Below, piece after piece: positions 11,489-23,448 of a stretch of 64,000 nucleotides of DNA (positions are counted from its first letter, which is position 1; every line of letters begins with the position of its first letter). Below the pieces are notes generated by a model that ran no database searches, was not told the origin of the DNA, and saw only the letters and a list, made by a program, of their open reading frames with translations. The stretch covers positions 64,001 to 128,000 of the forward strand of contig CAVYTA010000006.1 in assembly GCA_963771355.1 (NCBI GenBank), given 5' to 3'. Origin of the DNA: an uncultured Candidatus Rokubacteria bacterium. GTDB taxonomy: Bacteria > Methylomirabilota > Methylomirabilia > Rokubacteriales > CSP1-6. Both the position numbers and the translations under genes were made by a program.

Positions 11489-12285
11489 ACGAGCTCGGCG
11501 AATCGAGGAGACAGGGCGCGGTAGACGAGCGTACCGACCGCGAGGCAGACGACGCCGGTCAGATAGGCGGCTCCGACGAGTAGCGGGTCGAGATGGCCGT
11601 CCAGCAAAAGCTTCTGCCAGGCCCGGATGAGCGGTGCCACCGGATTCAGCTTGATCCAAACGTGATACTGCACCGGGACTACCGAAACCGAGTACATGAT
11701 GGGAGTGAGGAAGAACAGGACCTGGATGAACAAGGCGACGAGCCGCTCGAGGTCGCGGACGAAGACATTGATCGAGGAAACCGCCAATGCCACACCGTAG
11801 AGGGTGAGGAACTGAGCGAAGACCAAGAGGGGGATGCCTGGCAGCCACCACCAAGATGGGGCGCGACCATACCACAGCAGCGCCAGGACGGTGACCGGGA
11901 TCGTCAGCAAAAAGTGGATCGCATCGCTCAGGACGCTGCTCACGATGAGGACGTTCCGCGGGAAGCGGACTTTCTTGATGAGCGAGGCGTTGGCAATGAA
12001 AGCCATCGGCGCGTTCCCGACCGAGCTCACGAGCCACTGCCACGGGAATAGCCCTGCGATCAGGAAGAGCGGGTACGGATAGCCGGGGATCTCGAAGCGG
12101 AGGAAAACGCCGAGCGCCACGTAGTAAACGGCGGTGAACAGCAGGGGATTGGCCACCGACCACGCGTAGCCCAGCCAGCTGTTCTTGTAGCGGACCTTCA
12201 TGTCCTTCTGTACGAGAATCAAGATCAGGTCCGTGGGGTATCCACGGTGCCGGGGAAAGGATACGGCGAAGGTCCGCGTCGTCAT
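11485..12285 (-). CDS. wzm: Polysaccharide ABC exporter permease
   Basis: DMKVRYKNSWLGYAWS, LIKKVRFP, RDL, FFLTPIMY, LNP. Confidence 0.9.
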   Translation of the reverse strand: MTTRTFAVSFPRHRGYPTDLILILVQKDMKVRYKNSWLGYAWSVANPLLFTAVYYVALGVFLRFEIPGYPYPLFLIAGLFPWQWLVSSVGNAPMAFIANASLIKKVRFPRNVLIVSSVLSDAIHFLLTIPVTVLALLWYGRAPSWWWLPGIPLLVFAQFLTLYGVALAVSSINVFVRDLERLVALFIQVLFFLTPIMYSVSVVPVQYHVWIKLNPVAPLIRAWQKLLLDGHLDPLLVGAAYLTGVVCLAVGTLVYRALSPRFAELV

Positions 12286-12372
12286 CCAACGCGAATTGTA
12301 CACGCGTATAGTCAGGGCGTAAGCAGGTTCTTGGTGGCGCGAGCGGCTGCCGCCATGTCAATATGAGGCCTC

Positions 12373-15300
12373 ATGGAAGGCCCTCTCAAGACGCGTCCGC
12401 GCATCAGCATCGTCGTCCCATCCTTCAATCAGGGGCGATTCCTCAGGCAGGCCCTCGACAGCATCCTTACCCAGTCTTACCTCGAGCGTGAAATCGTCGT
12501 GATGGACGGGGGATCCACTGACCAAAGCCTCGAGATCATCAAAGAATATGCGGGAAGCCTGACCTATTGGCGGAGCCAACGGGATGCGGGCCAAGCGGCG
12601 GCGATCAATGAGGGCCTCCGCCACTGCTCAGGCGATATTGTCGCCTGGCTCAATTCCGACGACTACTATCTCCCGGATGCCCTCTGGAGGATCGCCCGTG
12701 CGTACGCCGAGTTTCCCGCGCGTGGCCTTTACGTGGGAAACGGTCTCCGATATCGAGAGCATAACCAACAGTTCACTCCCTTCTGCCGGCGTCATGTCGC
12801 GATCAATCGCGACGCGCTCACGAACGGCCTCGATTACGTGCTGCAGCCTGCCACGTTCTTCCTGCGTACCGCTTGGGAGGCGGTGGGCGGTTTGGATGAG
12901 GGGATGCGCTATTGCCTTGATTGGGACATTATCGTCCGCATCGCACAGCGATACACAGCAGTCACAATCAACGAATTCCTCGCGGTAACCAGAGAGTACG
13001 ACGAAACAAAGACCAGCCTCGGAAGCATGGAGCGTATCTTTGAGATCCATCGAGCCGTGAGAGGGTGGACCGGACGAGAGGTTACGCCCGGAACGTTGCA
13101 CTATCTGATCGAAACTCTTCTCGATCCCAAGACCAAGATGGTACCTCCGAAGGTCCAATATCACCTGGCCGGAGCCCAATTAGCCGTCCTAGATCATTTC
13201 CGCACGACGTGTGGAAACTTGGATGGTTTCCCTGAGGCCGGTGATCGTCAGGACTCGGTCTATCTGCAGCTCGCCACTAGAGAGATCGAACGCGGTCCCA
13301 CACCTGCTCTCTCCGATCTGCCGTCTATCAGCATCGTCGTTCCGTCGCTGAACCAGGCAGCGTTCCTCGGCCAGGCGCTGGAAAGCATCCTGAACCAGGA
13401 CTATCCGAATCTCGAGATCCGCGTCTACGACGGAGGTTCGTCGGACGGCAGTGTCGAGATCCTCCGACAGTATGAGCACAGGCTGAGCTACTGGGTCTCC
13501 GAGCCGGATCGCGGGCCGGCACACGCCATCAACAAGGGCTTCGCCGGCGCGAAGGGCGAGATACTTGGCTGGCTCAACTCGGACGACATGCTCGCCGAGG
13601 ACGCGCTCATGGCCGTTGGACGCGCGTTCGCCGAGGATCCGGAGCTCGATCTGGTGTACGCCAACGCGCTCTACATCGATGAAGAAAACCGTCTCTATCT
13701 CGCCGACCACGGGGGCTACCGCACCGGGCTCTACTATGGAGAGATGCAGCCCCGGGAGAGAATCCCAGCGTACTGGTCATATGTTCACGCCGTTCCTCAG
13801 CCCACCGTATTCTTTCGTAGGCGATTGCTGGAGTCCTGTGGCGCCCTGGACGAGCATTATCACTTTATCTTCGACTTCGACTTGTTCTACCGGTTTGCCG
13901 CGAGCGCCAAGACGAGGAAGCTGGAGCGCACTCAGGCTTTCTACCGGATCCACCGAAGAGCCAAGACAAGTGATTGGAGCAAGTTCCTCGTGGAGCTGTA
14001 TGACTTCAGCAGGGTGAGGTGGCCCGGCCGCCGGGCCCCCTCCTTCCATCCATTCCTCAAAGACTTCTTGAGAGGCTTCGCTCGTCGCCATTTCGGAGGC
14101 CGACCACGTGATCTCCGAGAATGGGTGATATTGGCTGTGGCGGGACTCTCGGCCTTTGCCAAAATTGGTAATCCCGAGCGTCTCGTGTCTCGCTGGCGAC
14201 GAAACCCCAGCCCCCGCGCCGCAGATCCCGTGCCCGGCCAGGCGAGCACCTACACATATACTGTTCCAGATCGAGCCCCTCGGTATCGCTCCTTCTTCTG
14301 CTCCCTGGTCATGCCTCGCCATCCGGGCTATTTCGGTGGTGAGATTCGAGACTTCCACCTTCTCCGCTATCTCCTCGGGATCAGCACCGTAGAGTTCTTC
14401 TCCGTGAGTCCCTTGCCCGAGGCAGGTGTAGACGATCGAGCTGACTGGCTGGCACCTTTTCTCCAACGCCGTCACACACCAGTTATCGGCTCCCAGGAAG
14501 CAGCGGGTCTCATTCCCAGATTCGTCAGCGCTCTACGGGCCCGCCAGCTTCCGGTGCTCGGGCCTCGTTACCACTCGGACGTAACGAATCACATCAGACT
14601 AATCGGCACCTTCGGCGAGGCGATGCGACAGGCGCTCCTCCGAGATCAGCCAGACTTCCTCTTCGTCAGCCCGCAGGTGAACCCGATCGCTCTGACGTTC
14701 CCTGCCGAGGGACTCCGTACTCGGTTGGTCATGGCGTCCTACGATGTGGAGGCCGAACGCATCCGAAGCTTCGTCGAGGCATCGCGCGGCCTCACCAAAG
14801 TAGCATTCCACCTGGAAAGCCGTCGGGCTCAGCGGTTCGAGGAGGAGAACCTCCAAGTCTATGACGGGGTAATCGCCGTGAGCGCGAAGGATCGAGACGT
14901 GTTCATCGGCAGGTATGGCTTTTCACCCGAGCGTGTTCTCGTCATCGAGAACAGCGTGGATCCGCACTACTTCACGTTCGCGGAGAGATCGTCCGATCCG
15001 ATTCCCCGTGTGATCTTCGTCGGAACGCTCAGCTACATGGCCAACCGTCAGGCCGCGTGGCGACTCGTACGCGACATCATGCCACTCGTACGCCGGCAGT
15101 GTCCGGACGCACGCCTGTTAATCGTTGGCCAGGGACCGGAACCGGCCCTCCTGGCGCAGCACGATGGGGATCAGACCGTTGTCACCGGCCGCGTCGAAGA
15201 CGTGCGTCCCTACCTGGCGAGGGCGGCCGTCGCTTGCATGCCGCTCTCTGCTGGTTCCGGAACGAAGTACAAGGTTTTGGAGGCGTTGAGCGCGGGCGTG

Positions 15301-15558
15301 CCCACCGTGTGCACGCCAACCGCCCTCGAAGGGCTCGATCTGAAGGATGGCGAGGAGTTGTTGGTCAGAGAGACCGACGAAGACCTTGCCGCCGGCGTCG
15401 TGACCCTCATCAAACAATCGGAGGTGGCTGCGCGACTGGCGCGCCAGGGGCGCGAGGTGGTCGAACACCAGTACGCCTGGGACGCCAACCTGCCGCGCCT
15501 CGACGCGTGGCTCGATCTGCTCTTGTCATTGCCGCTCCGCCGAGAGGTGAATCAATGA
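12373..15558 (+). CDS. Trimodular glycosyltransferase GT2-GT2-GT4
   Basis: Two ISIVVPS.NQ..DGGS.D..WLNSDD modules plus a GT4 module (FVGTLSYMAN..GSGTKYKVLEA). Confidence 0.88.
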   Translation: MEGPLKTRPRISIVVPSFNQGRFLRQALDSILTQSYLEREIVVMDGGSTDQSLEIIKEYAGSLTYWRSQRDAGQAAAINEGLRHCSGDIVAWLNSDDYYLPDALWRIARAYAEFPARGLYVGNGLRYREHNQQFTPFCRRHVAINRDALTNGLDYVLQPATFFLRTAWEAVGGLDEGMRYCLDWDIIVRIAQRYTAVTINEFLAVTREYDETKTSLGSMERIFEIHRAVRGWTGREVTPGTLHYLIETLLDPKTKMVPPKVQYHLAGAQLAVLDHFRTTCGNLDGFPEAGDRQDSVYLQLATREIERGPTPALSDLPSISIVVPSLNQAAFLGQALESILNQDYPNLEIRVYDGGSSDGSVEILRQYEHRLSYWVSEPDRGPAHAINKGFAGAKGEILGWLNSDDMLAEDALMAVGRAFAEDPELDLVYANALYIDEENRLYLADHGGYRTGLYYGEMQPRERIPAYWSYVHAVPQPTVFFRRRLLESCGALDEHYHFIFDFDLFYRFAASAKTRKLERTQAFYRIHRRAKTSDWSKFLVELYDFSRVRWPGRRAPSFHPFLKDFLRGFARRHFGGRPRDLREWVILAVAGLSAFAKIGNPERLVSRWRRNPSPRAADPVPGQASTYTYTVPDRAPRYRSFFCSLVMPRHPGYFGGEIRDFHLLRYLLGISTVEFFSVSPLPEAGVDDRADWLAPFLQRRHTPVIGSQEAAGLIPRFVSALRARQLPVLGPRYHSDVTNHIRLIGTFGEAMRQALLRDQPDFLFVSPQVNPIALTFPAEGLRTRLVMASYDVEAERIRSFVEASRGLTKVAFHLESRRAQRFEEENLQVYDGVIAVSAKDRDVFIGRYGFSPERVLVIENSVDPHYFTFAERSSDPIPRVIFVGTLSYMANRQAAWRLVRDIMPLVRRQCPDARLLIVGQGPEPALLAQHDGDQTVVTGRVEDVRPYLARAAVACMPLSAGSGTKYKVLEALSAGVPTVCTPTALEGLDLKDGEELLVRETDEDLAAGVVTLIKQSEVAARLARQGREVVEHQYAWDANLPRLDAWLDLLLSLPLRREVNQ

Positions 15559-16319
15559 CTGTTCGGTTCGAGACGCCGCGCGACGTTCCGGATATTTCGG
15601 AGTGCGCCTTCTACCACTACATGGACCTACCTGGCATCGGTCAGGTCGGAGATCACTGGGATCTGCGCAGGACCATTGAAGAGTACTTCGGTGGATTCGA
15701 CTTCAAGAGGAAGAGGGCTCTGGATGTCGGCGCCGCGAGCGGGTACCTGACATTCGAGATGGAGAAGCGGGGCGCCAGCGTCGTGTCATTCGATATCGCC
15801 GATGGTGGGGACTGGGACTGCGTACCGTTCGCGCACCCTGAATTCGATCCCGAGAAGCTTGTGCGCGATCTCAAGTGGCACATCAATCGGATCAAGAACG
15901 CGTACTGGTATGCCCATCGCGTACTGGGCTCGAAGGCGCAAGTCTACTACGGTGACATCTACAGCTTTCCGCCGGAGCTTGGTTCCTTCGATGTGGTCGT
16001 GTTCGGGATGGTGCTGCCACACCTCCGGGATCCGTTCCGCGCTCTGCAATCGGCCTCGCGGCTATCCAACGAGTGGTTGGTCATCACGCAGCAGTGCCTC
16101 AAGCGATCCGAGCCCGTCTGTCTGTTCCAGCCAGATCCGGGGACCAGAGCCGATGCCCTCACGTGGTGGCTAATGTCGGAGGGATGCGTCGATCAAATGC
16201 TCGGGGTGGTCGGCTTCGAAGTCGTGTCTCTGACCCGCGCGATGCACGACTGCCCGATCCGGAAGCATGCCGAGGAGTGCACGACTTTCATCGCGCGGCG
16301 GGTTTCCGGCCACGCCTGA
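15555..16319 (+). CDS. SAM-dependent methyltransferase
   Basis: FYHYMDLPG, ALDVGAASG, FDVVVFG..HLRDP; ATGA coupling to the upstream gene. Confidence 0.85.
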   Translation: MTVRFETPRDVPDISECAFYHYMDLPGIGQVGDHWDLRRTIEEYFGGFDFKRKRALDVGAASGYLTFEMEKRGASVVSFDIADGGDWDCVPFAHPEFDPEKLVRDLKWHINRIKNAYWYAHRVLGSKAQVYYGDIYSFPPELGSFDVVVFGMVLPHLRDPFRALQSASRLSNEWLVITQQCLKRSEPVCLFQPDPGTRADALTWWLMSEGCVDQMLGVVGFEVVSLTRAMHDCPIRKHAEECTTFIARRVSGHA

Positions 16320-16337
16320 GGGAGTATTCGGGCCTCT

Positions 16338-18317
<1,980 letters not shown>

Positions 18318-18449
18318 CTACTACGCTGCCGCGTGATAGTCGACACGTGAAGCCTCCATTCGGCTAGCCGGGGCCGGCTCCCGCACGACGCGCCACCGAT
18401 AGGCGTCGCGCGTCGGCAGGGACTGAGCGGTCCCGGCGGAGCCGCGTCA

Positions 18450-19565
18450 TCAGGCGGCGACGGCGCGCGCCACCGCCTGTTGCACGGCGCGCGCCGTCGC
18501 CGCCCACGAGAAGCGACCCGCGCGCTCCAGCCCGCGCTCGCGCAGGTCCTTGCAGAGCCCGTCCTCGGTGAGGACCCGGCAGAGGCCGGCCGCGATGGAC
18601 GCGGGGTCGAGGGGATCGACGAGCACCGCGGCATCGCCGACGACCTCCGGAATGGAGGAGACACCGGCGGCAACGACCGGCGTGCCGCAGGCCATCGCCT
18701 CCAGCGCGGTAAGCCCGAAGCCCTCGTGGAGGGAGGGGAGCACGAGGGCGCGCGCGCCCCGGTAGAGGGCGAGCAGCTCCTCGTCCGGGGCGTAGGGCCG
18801 CCAGTCCACCCGGGACTCGAGGCCGAGCGCGCCGATGCGATCCCGGAGCATCCGGACGTGCGGGGGCCGTCCCCATCCCCTCAAGACCAGCCGGACCGGA
18901 AGACGGCGGGCCACCTGGGCAAAGGCCTCCACGAGACGGACGAGGTTCTTGTGCGGCATCACATTGCCGACGTAGAGCACGTAGGGTTCCCCGTCGGGCG
19001 CCGCCGGCGGGTCCGCCGGGACGAACCGCTCGGCGTCGTATCCCGACAGCACGACGTGGACCTTCTCGGGCGGCACGTCGTAGAAGCGCAGCAGTTCACG
19101 CCGCGTGCTCTCGGAGATCACGATGACGGCCCGGGAGGCGCGGAGCACCGCCGGCACGTAGTGCCGGAAGTAATACTGCTGCCGTGGGTACTCCGACGGA
19201 TACAGCAGCGGCAGCAGGTCGTGCACGGTGGTCACCTGGGGGAGCCCTGGCGCGAGCAGCCCCTCGGGCATAAGGTTCAACAGGACGCGCGGACGTGCCC
19301 GTCGCACGCGCGTCCGGAGCCCCGTCTGCACCCACAGGAGGCGGCGGAGATGTCCCCAGGTGCCCCGCTCGGGCCGCATGGCGGGCGACACCCGCTGCAC
19401 GAGCGTGCGCGGGCCTGCGATGAGGTCGGGCCGCGACGTGTAGACGACGAGCCGCTCGCCGAGCGCGGCCAGCCCCGAGATGAGGTGGAGGGCGTAGAAG
19501 CCGAGCCCGGTTGGCCGCTGCCCGATGATGGCGGCGTTGATCGCGATGGTGCCGTCGATGGCCAC
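18450..19565 (-). CDS. GT4 glycosyltransferase
   Basis: TTVHDL, YVGNVMPHKN, PSLHEGFGLTALEAMACG. Confidence 0.9.
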   Translation of the reverse strand: MAIDGTIAINAAIIGQRPTGLGFYALHLISGLAALGERLVVYTSRPDLIAGPRTLVQRVSPAMRPERGTWGHLRRLLWVQTGLRTRVRRARPRVLLNLMPEGLLAPGLPQVTTVHDLLPLLYPSEYPRQQYYFRHYVPAVLRASRAVIVISESTRRELLRFYDVPPEKVHVVLSGYDAERFVPADPPAAPDGEPYVLYVGNVMPHKNLVRLVEAFAQVARRLPVRLVLRGWGRPPHVRMLRDRIGALGLESRVDWRPYAPDEELLALYRGARALVLPSLHEGFGLTALEAMACGTPVVAAGVSSIPEVVGDAAVLVDPLDPASIAAGLCRVLTEDGLCKDLRERGLERAGRFSWAATARAVQQAVARAVAA

Positions 19566-19571
19566 GCCGAT

Positions 19572-19581
19572 GATTATAATC
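19572..19581. promoter_or_regulatory. Palindromic bidirectional -10 element GATTATAATC
   Basis: TATAAT on both strands; 6 nt to ATG 19587 and 7 nt to GTG 19565. Confidence 0.7.
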
Positions 19582-19586
19582 GCAGG

Positions 19587-21818
19587 ATGACCGTGTCCGG
19601 GACTTCTGTCTCTCGCGCGCCCCGGTTCGGATCGGCGGTCGGGCCGTGGTGTCTGCTCGGCGCCCTCGTCCTGGGCCTGTGTGTCGTCGTGGCGATCTGG
19701 ACCTCCATCGACCGGCGGCCGCCCGAGTGGGACTACGCCAACCATCTGGAGCGGGCGCTCCAGTGCTACCGCATCCTGGCGCAGCCCGGCCACGACCGGG
19801 CGCGCGAGATCCTCGAGGCGACCGCGTTCTATCCGCCCGTGACCACCTGCGCGGCGGGCCTGCTCTACTTCCTTTTCCCGGTGGTGCCGCTCACCGCTCA
19901 GGTCGTGATGCTCGGCTTCCTCGCCCTGGGCGTGGTGAGTGTCTTCCTGCTCGGGCGGCACCTGTTGGACACCCAGGCCGGGCTGCTCGCGGCTTTTCTG
20001 CTGTCGACGGCGCCATTCGTGGTCTTCTCGCTGACGAACTTCCAGCTGGATCTACCGCTGACCGGGATGGTGGCGTTCTCCCTGTACTTGCTGGTGCGCA
20101 GCGCGGGCTTCTCGCTGACCGGCTGGTCGCTGGCCTTCGGCATCGCCGCGGGTATCGGCATGCTCACGAAGCCGCCCTTCCTGGTCTACCTGCTGCCACC
20201 GCTCCTCTGGGTCGTCTGGCGGACCGTGAGGCTCCCGCAGGACGGAGGGCGCACGGCGCGGCTCGGGCGGCTCGCCGCCGCTCTGGTGGCCGCGACGGCG
20301 CTGGCGCTGCCGTGGTACGGCCCGCGGCTGATCGGCCTGCCGCTCCAGGTCATGAACCGCTCCTTCAAGAACGCGGCGATCGAGCAGAAAGCCGGCACGT
20401 TTTCCCCGGAAGGGCTCCTGCACTACCCGACGATGTTTCCCACCCAGTTTGGCCTTTTGGCCGTGGCCCTCTTTCTCTGGGGTCTCTGGGCGCTCAGGCG
20501 GGAACGCGCGGCCCGCGCCTTCCTCTGGATCGCCGCTCTGGGTCCGTTCGTGGTCTTCATCCTGGTCCAGAACAAGAACCTCCGCTACACGCTGCCGATC
20601 CTCCCCGCCGCCGCGCTGGTGGCGGCGGCGGGCGCCCGCGCTCTGCGCCCGGCCCTGCGTCACGGCGTGACGTGGGCCTGCGTCGCGCTGGGCGCGCTCC
20701 AGGTGTCCATGACGGCTTTCGCGCTGCCGGCGCCCCCCACCCTCGCCGGGTTCGGTTTCCCGATGGTGTTCGTCCGGCGCCCAGAGCCGGCCGACTGGCA
20801 GCAGGCGCGAATCCTCGGCGACATCAAGCGCGAGAGCGGCAACCAGCCGGTGACCGTGGCCATCGTGCCCAACCGTGACTACTTCTCGGTCTCGAACTTC
20901 CGCTACGAGGTCGCGCGCCTGGGACTGCCCTTCCGGATGATCGGAGCATGGTGGTGGGGACCGCCGGTCGGCGTGGACTTCGTCGTCGTCAAGACGGGAT
21001 CCCAGGGGGCTCCGTGGACGGCCGAGCGGCTTGAGAAGATCACCCGAGCGGTGGACGGCGGCGACCCTTACCTGGCCGAAGTCTTCCCGGTGGTCGGCCG
21101 ATATACGTTGCCCGACGGCAGTATCGGCACCCTCCGCCGGCGCCGCATCCCGGCGCTCACCGACTGGGCACCCGCGCGCGTCGCAGCGCGCCTGGCCGAG
21201 GCGCCGGCGTCGTTGCTCCGCACCAACGTGCGCGACCCGGTGGGGCTCCGGGTGACGCTCGATTATCGTCCGGACGCCATTCTGCGCGGCGAGGTAGAGC
21301 ACGTGCGGCTGACGGCCGAGAGCGCCGCGGTGGGGGAGATGGAGCGGCACGACCGCTCGCCGCTGACGCTTCGCGACATCCGGGTCGCCGTGGACGGGCT
21401 CGTGTTCAACCCCCGCCGGCTCGTGGAGACGGGCGAGCTCGAGGTGCTGGATGTCGGCGCGCTCCGGCTCGAGCACGCGGTGGTGACCCAGGCCGATCTC
21501 GACCAGCTCCTGCGGGGGCAGCCGGCCGGGACCGGCGTGGAGGTGGCGCTCGGCGACGGCGCTGCCGATGTGCGGGTGACCCGGCTCGGCCCCGCGATCG
21601 CCGCACGCGTGCAGCTCGCGTCCTCATCCGGGGATCGCCCACTCGCGCTCGCGGTCGACCGCGTGCGGGTCGCCGGCATCCCGGTCCCCGATATCCTCGC
21701 GGCCTGGATCGTGAGGCATCTTGACCCGACACTTGCGCTTCGACGGCTGCCAACGCTCGTCACGGTGCCCGCGGTCCGGATCCAGCCCGGGCGCATCGAG
21801 ATCGGCGAGCGGCAGTGA
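19587..21818 (+). CDS. GT-C (family 39/ArnT-like) glycosyltransferase fused to a C-terminal LmeA/DUF2993-like domain
   Basis: PPEWDYANH, YPP, FQLDLP, GMLTKP, KNLRY; C-terminal AILRGEVEHVRL..LRDIRV..VVTQADLDQLL. Confidence 0.7.
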   Translation: MTVSGTSVSRAPRFGSAVGPWCLLGALVLGLCVVVAIWTSIDRRPPEWDYANHLERALQCYRILAQPGHDRAREILEATAFYPPVTTCAAGLLYFLFPVVPLTAQVVMLGFLALGVVSVFLLGRHLLDTQAGLLAAFLLSTAPFVVFSLTNFQLDLPLTGMVAFSLYLLVRSAGFSLTGWSLAFGIAAGIGMLTKPPFLVYLLPPLLWVVWRTVRLPQDGGRTARLGRLAAALVAATALALPWYGPRLIGLPLQVMNRSFKNAAIEQKAGTFSPEGLLHYPTMFPTQFGLLAVALFLWGLWALRRERAARAFLWIAALGPFVVFILVQNKNLRYTLPILPAAALVAAAGARALRPALRHGVTWACVALGALQVSMTAFALPAPPTLAGFGFPMVFVRRPEPADWQQARILGDIKRESGNQPVTVAIVPNRDYFSVSNFRYEVARLGLPFRMIGAWWWGPPVGVDFVVVKTGSQGAPWTAERLEKITRAVDGGDPYLAEVFPVVGRYTLPDGSIGTLRRRRIPALTDWAPARVAARLAEAPASLLRTNVRDPVGLRVTLDYRPDAILRGEVEHVRLTAESAAVGEMERHDRSPLTLRDIRVAVDGLVFNPRRLVETGELEVLDVGALRLEHAVVTQADLDQLLRGQPAGTGVEVALGDGAADVRVTRLGPAIAARVQLASSSGDRPLALAVDRVRVAGIPVPDILAAWIVRHLDPTLALRRLPTLVTVPAVRIQPGRIEIGERQ

Positions 21819-21871
21819 GGACTACGCGGCCAGAGTCACCTCGTCGCGTCCCGGCGCCGCCTCGTGCCCGG

Positions 21872-22927
21872 TCACCCACCCAGACGTCCCGTGTCAGAGC
21901 GCAGGCTGCGACGCGCGAGGACGCGCCGGTGCTCGAGGAGCAGGCGCACCGTCTCCTGGAGCACCGTCGCCACCGGCACGGCGATGATCATGCCGAGCAC
22001 GCCGAGCGCGTGATTGCCGACGACCACCGAGCCGAGCAGGAGCGCCGGGTGGAGGTGGACGCTCCGTCCAATCGTGAGCGGCTGGATGACCGTGTCGTCG
22101 AGCACCTTGATGGCCAGGAACAGCACCATCACCCGCACCACGCCCGCGAGCCCTTGTCCCGGCGTCAGCAGAACCACCAAGCTGGCGGCGGCGGCCGAGA
22201 GCAGCGGCCCGACGAACGGCACCACGTTGGCGATGCCGGCGAAGGCGCCGAGCAGGAGGGGATAGGGCACGCGCAGTGCCCAGAGCCCCAGCGCCGCCAG
22301 CGCCGCCACCACCAGACCGTCCAGCACCACGCCCCGGATGTAGCGGCCGATGACACCGTTGAGCTCGCGCCAGACCGCGACGGACGTCTCCACGTGCTGG
22401 GGGGGCAGCCGGTTCATGGCCGCGGTGACGATCCGCGGCATGTCCCGAAGGAAGAAGAAGGCGAAGAACGGGACGAGGATCACGAGCAGGAAGAGGTGCC
22501 CGGCGTGCTCGAAGAATTCGCTCGGGTCCCCGGCGGGACGGTCGAGGACGAACCGGTGGATCCAGCCCCCGCCCTCGGGGAGCACACGGCGGAACACCGG
22601 TGCCGTCTCGACGAGCTCCCGCACCGCGCCGTCGAGGCTAGTGTCGAGCTGAATCGCCAGCGCCGGCAGGCGGTCCGCGAGCGCCGACAGCTCGGTGGCC
22701 ATGCGTGGCCCCAGGAGCAGGCCCGCGCCGAGCAGCAGGGCGATGAGGACGGCGAAGAGCGCACCGACCGCCACGCTCCGGCGGACGGCGAGGGCATCCG
22801 CCCGGGCGACGATCGGGCTGAGCAAGTAGGCGAAGATCAGCGCGAGGAAGACCGGCAGAGCCAGGCCGCGCGCCAGCCAGGCGAGCGCGGCGACGCCGGC
22901 GATGGTCACGACCCAGCTCGGCTTCAC
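21872..22927 (-). CDS. AI-2E family transporter
   Basis: FAYLLSP, FFFLRD, RYIRG, VVPFVGP, IQPLTIGRSVHLHP, GMIIAVP. Confidence 0.88.
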   Translation of the reverse strand: MKPSWVVTIAGVAALAWLARGLALPVFLALIFAYLLSPIVARADALAVRRSVAVGALFAVLIALLLGAGLLLGPRMATELSALADRLPALAIQLDTSLDGAVRELVETAPVFRRVLPEGGGWIHRFVLDRPAGDPSEFFEHAGHLFLLVILVPFFAFFFLRDMPRIVTAAMNRLPPQHVETSVAVWRELNGVIGRYIRGVVLDGLVVAALAALGLWALRVPYPLLLGAFAGIANVVPFVGPLLSAAAASLVVLLTPGQGLAGVVRVMVLFLAIKVLDDTVIQPLTIGRSVHLHPALLLGSVVVGNHALGVLGMIIAVPVATVLQETVRLLLEHRRVLARRSLRSDTGRLGG

Positions 22928-23448
22928 GGTCGTTCGTCGCTCTCCGGCCGGGGCGGGGGCTCGGTCACCACCACCGGGTTGCGCCGCGCGTATGCCGCCA
23001 GCAACCGCGAGAGATTGCGCATGACGACGACCGCGATCCGCGCCTCGCCGTCCATCAGCGCGTCGAAGTCGGTCTTGTAGAGGATGAGCAGTCGCGCCGG
23101 CTCGGCGACCCGCGCGCTGCCGGAGCGCTGGGACTCGTCGATGAGCGCCAGCTCGCCGAACGCGTCGCCGGCCCCGAGCGTGCGTACGACGTGCTCGCCC
23201 CGCGTCGTCGCCTGGGTGATCTCCACCGTGCCCTCGACGACGACGAAGAGCGCGCGGCCGGGGTCGCCCTCGTGGAAGACGACATCTCCCGCGGAGTAGG
23301 ACTTCTCCAGGAACCGCGTCCCCAGGCGACCGAGCAGGCGGCGCGGAAGCCCGGCGAAGAGTGGCGAGTGGGCGAGGAAGGGCGCGCGCCGTGCCTGCTC
23401 ACGGTCCATCGCCCACGCGAGCCACCGGGGTAGTCGCCGCTCCGACAT
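22924..23448 (-). CDS. Stand-alone cyclic-nucleotide-binding domain protein
   Basis: VFHEGDPG, FVVVEG, GDAFGELAL, RSGSA; no HTH. Confidence 0.85.
   Translation of the reverse strand: MSERRLPRWLAWAMDREQARRAPFLAHSPLFAGLPRRLLGRLGTRFLEKSYSAGDVVFHEGDPGRALFVVVEGTVEITQATTRGEHVVRTLGAGDAFGELALIDESQRSGSARVAEPARLLILYKTDFDALMDGEARIAVVVMRNLSRLLAAYARRNPVVVTEPPPRPESDERP

Noticed and set aside
18480..19586. Long antisense/shadow ORFs (e.g. N-terminal 369 aa of the 1112-aa ORF; 24885..26909; 30431..32305; 48359..49975)
   Set aside because: High-GC stop-poor frames overlapping well-supported genes, with no protein motifs.
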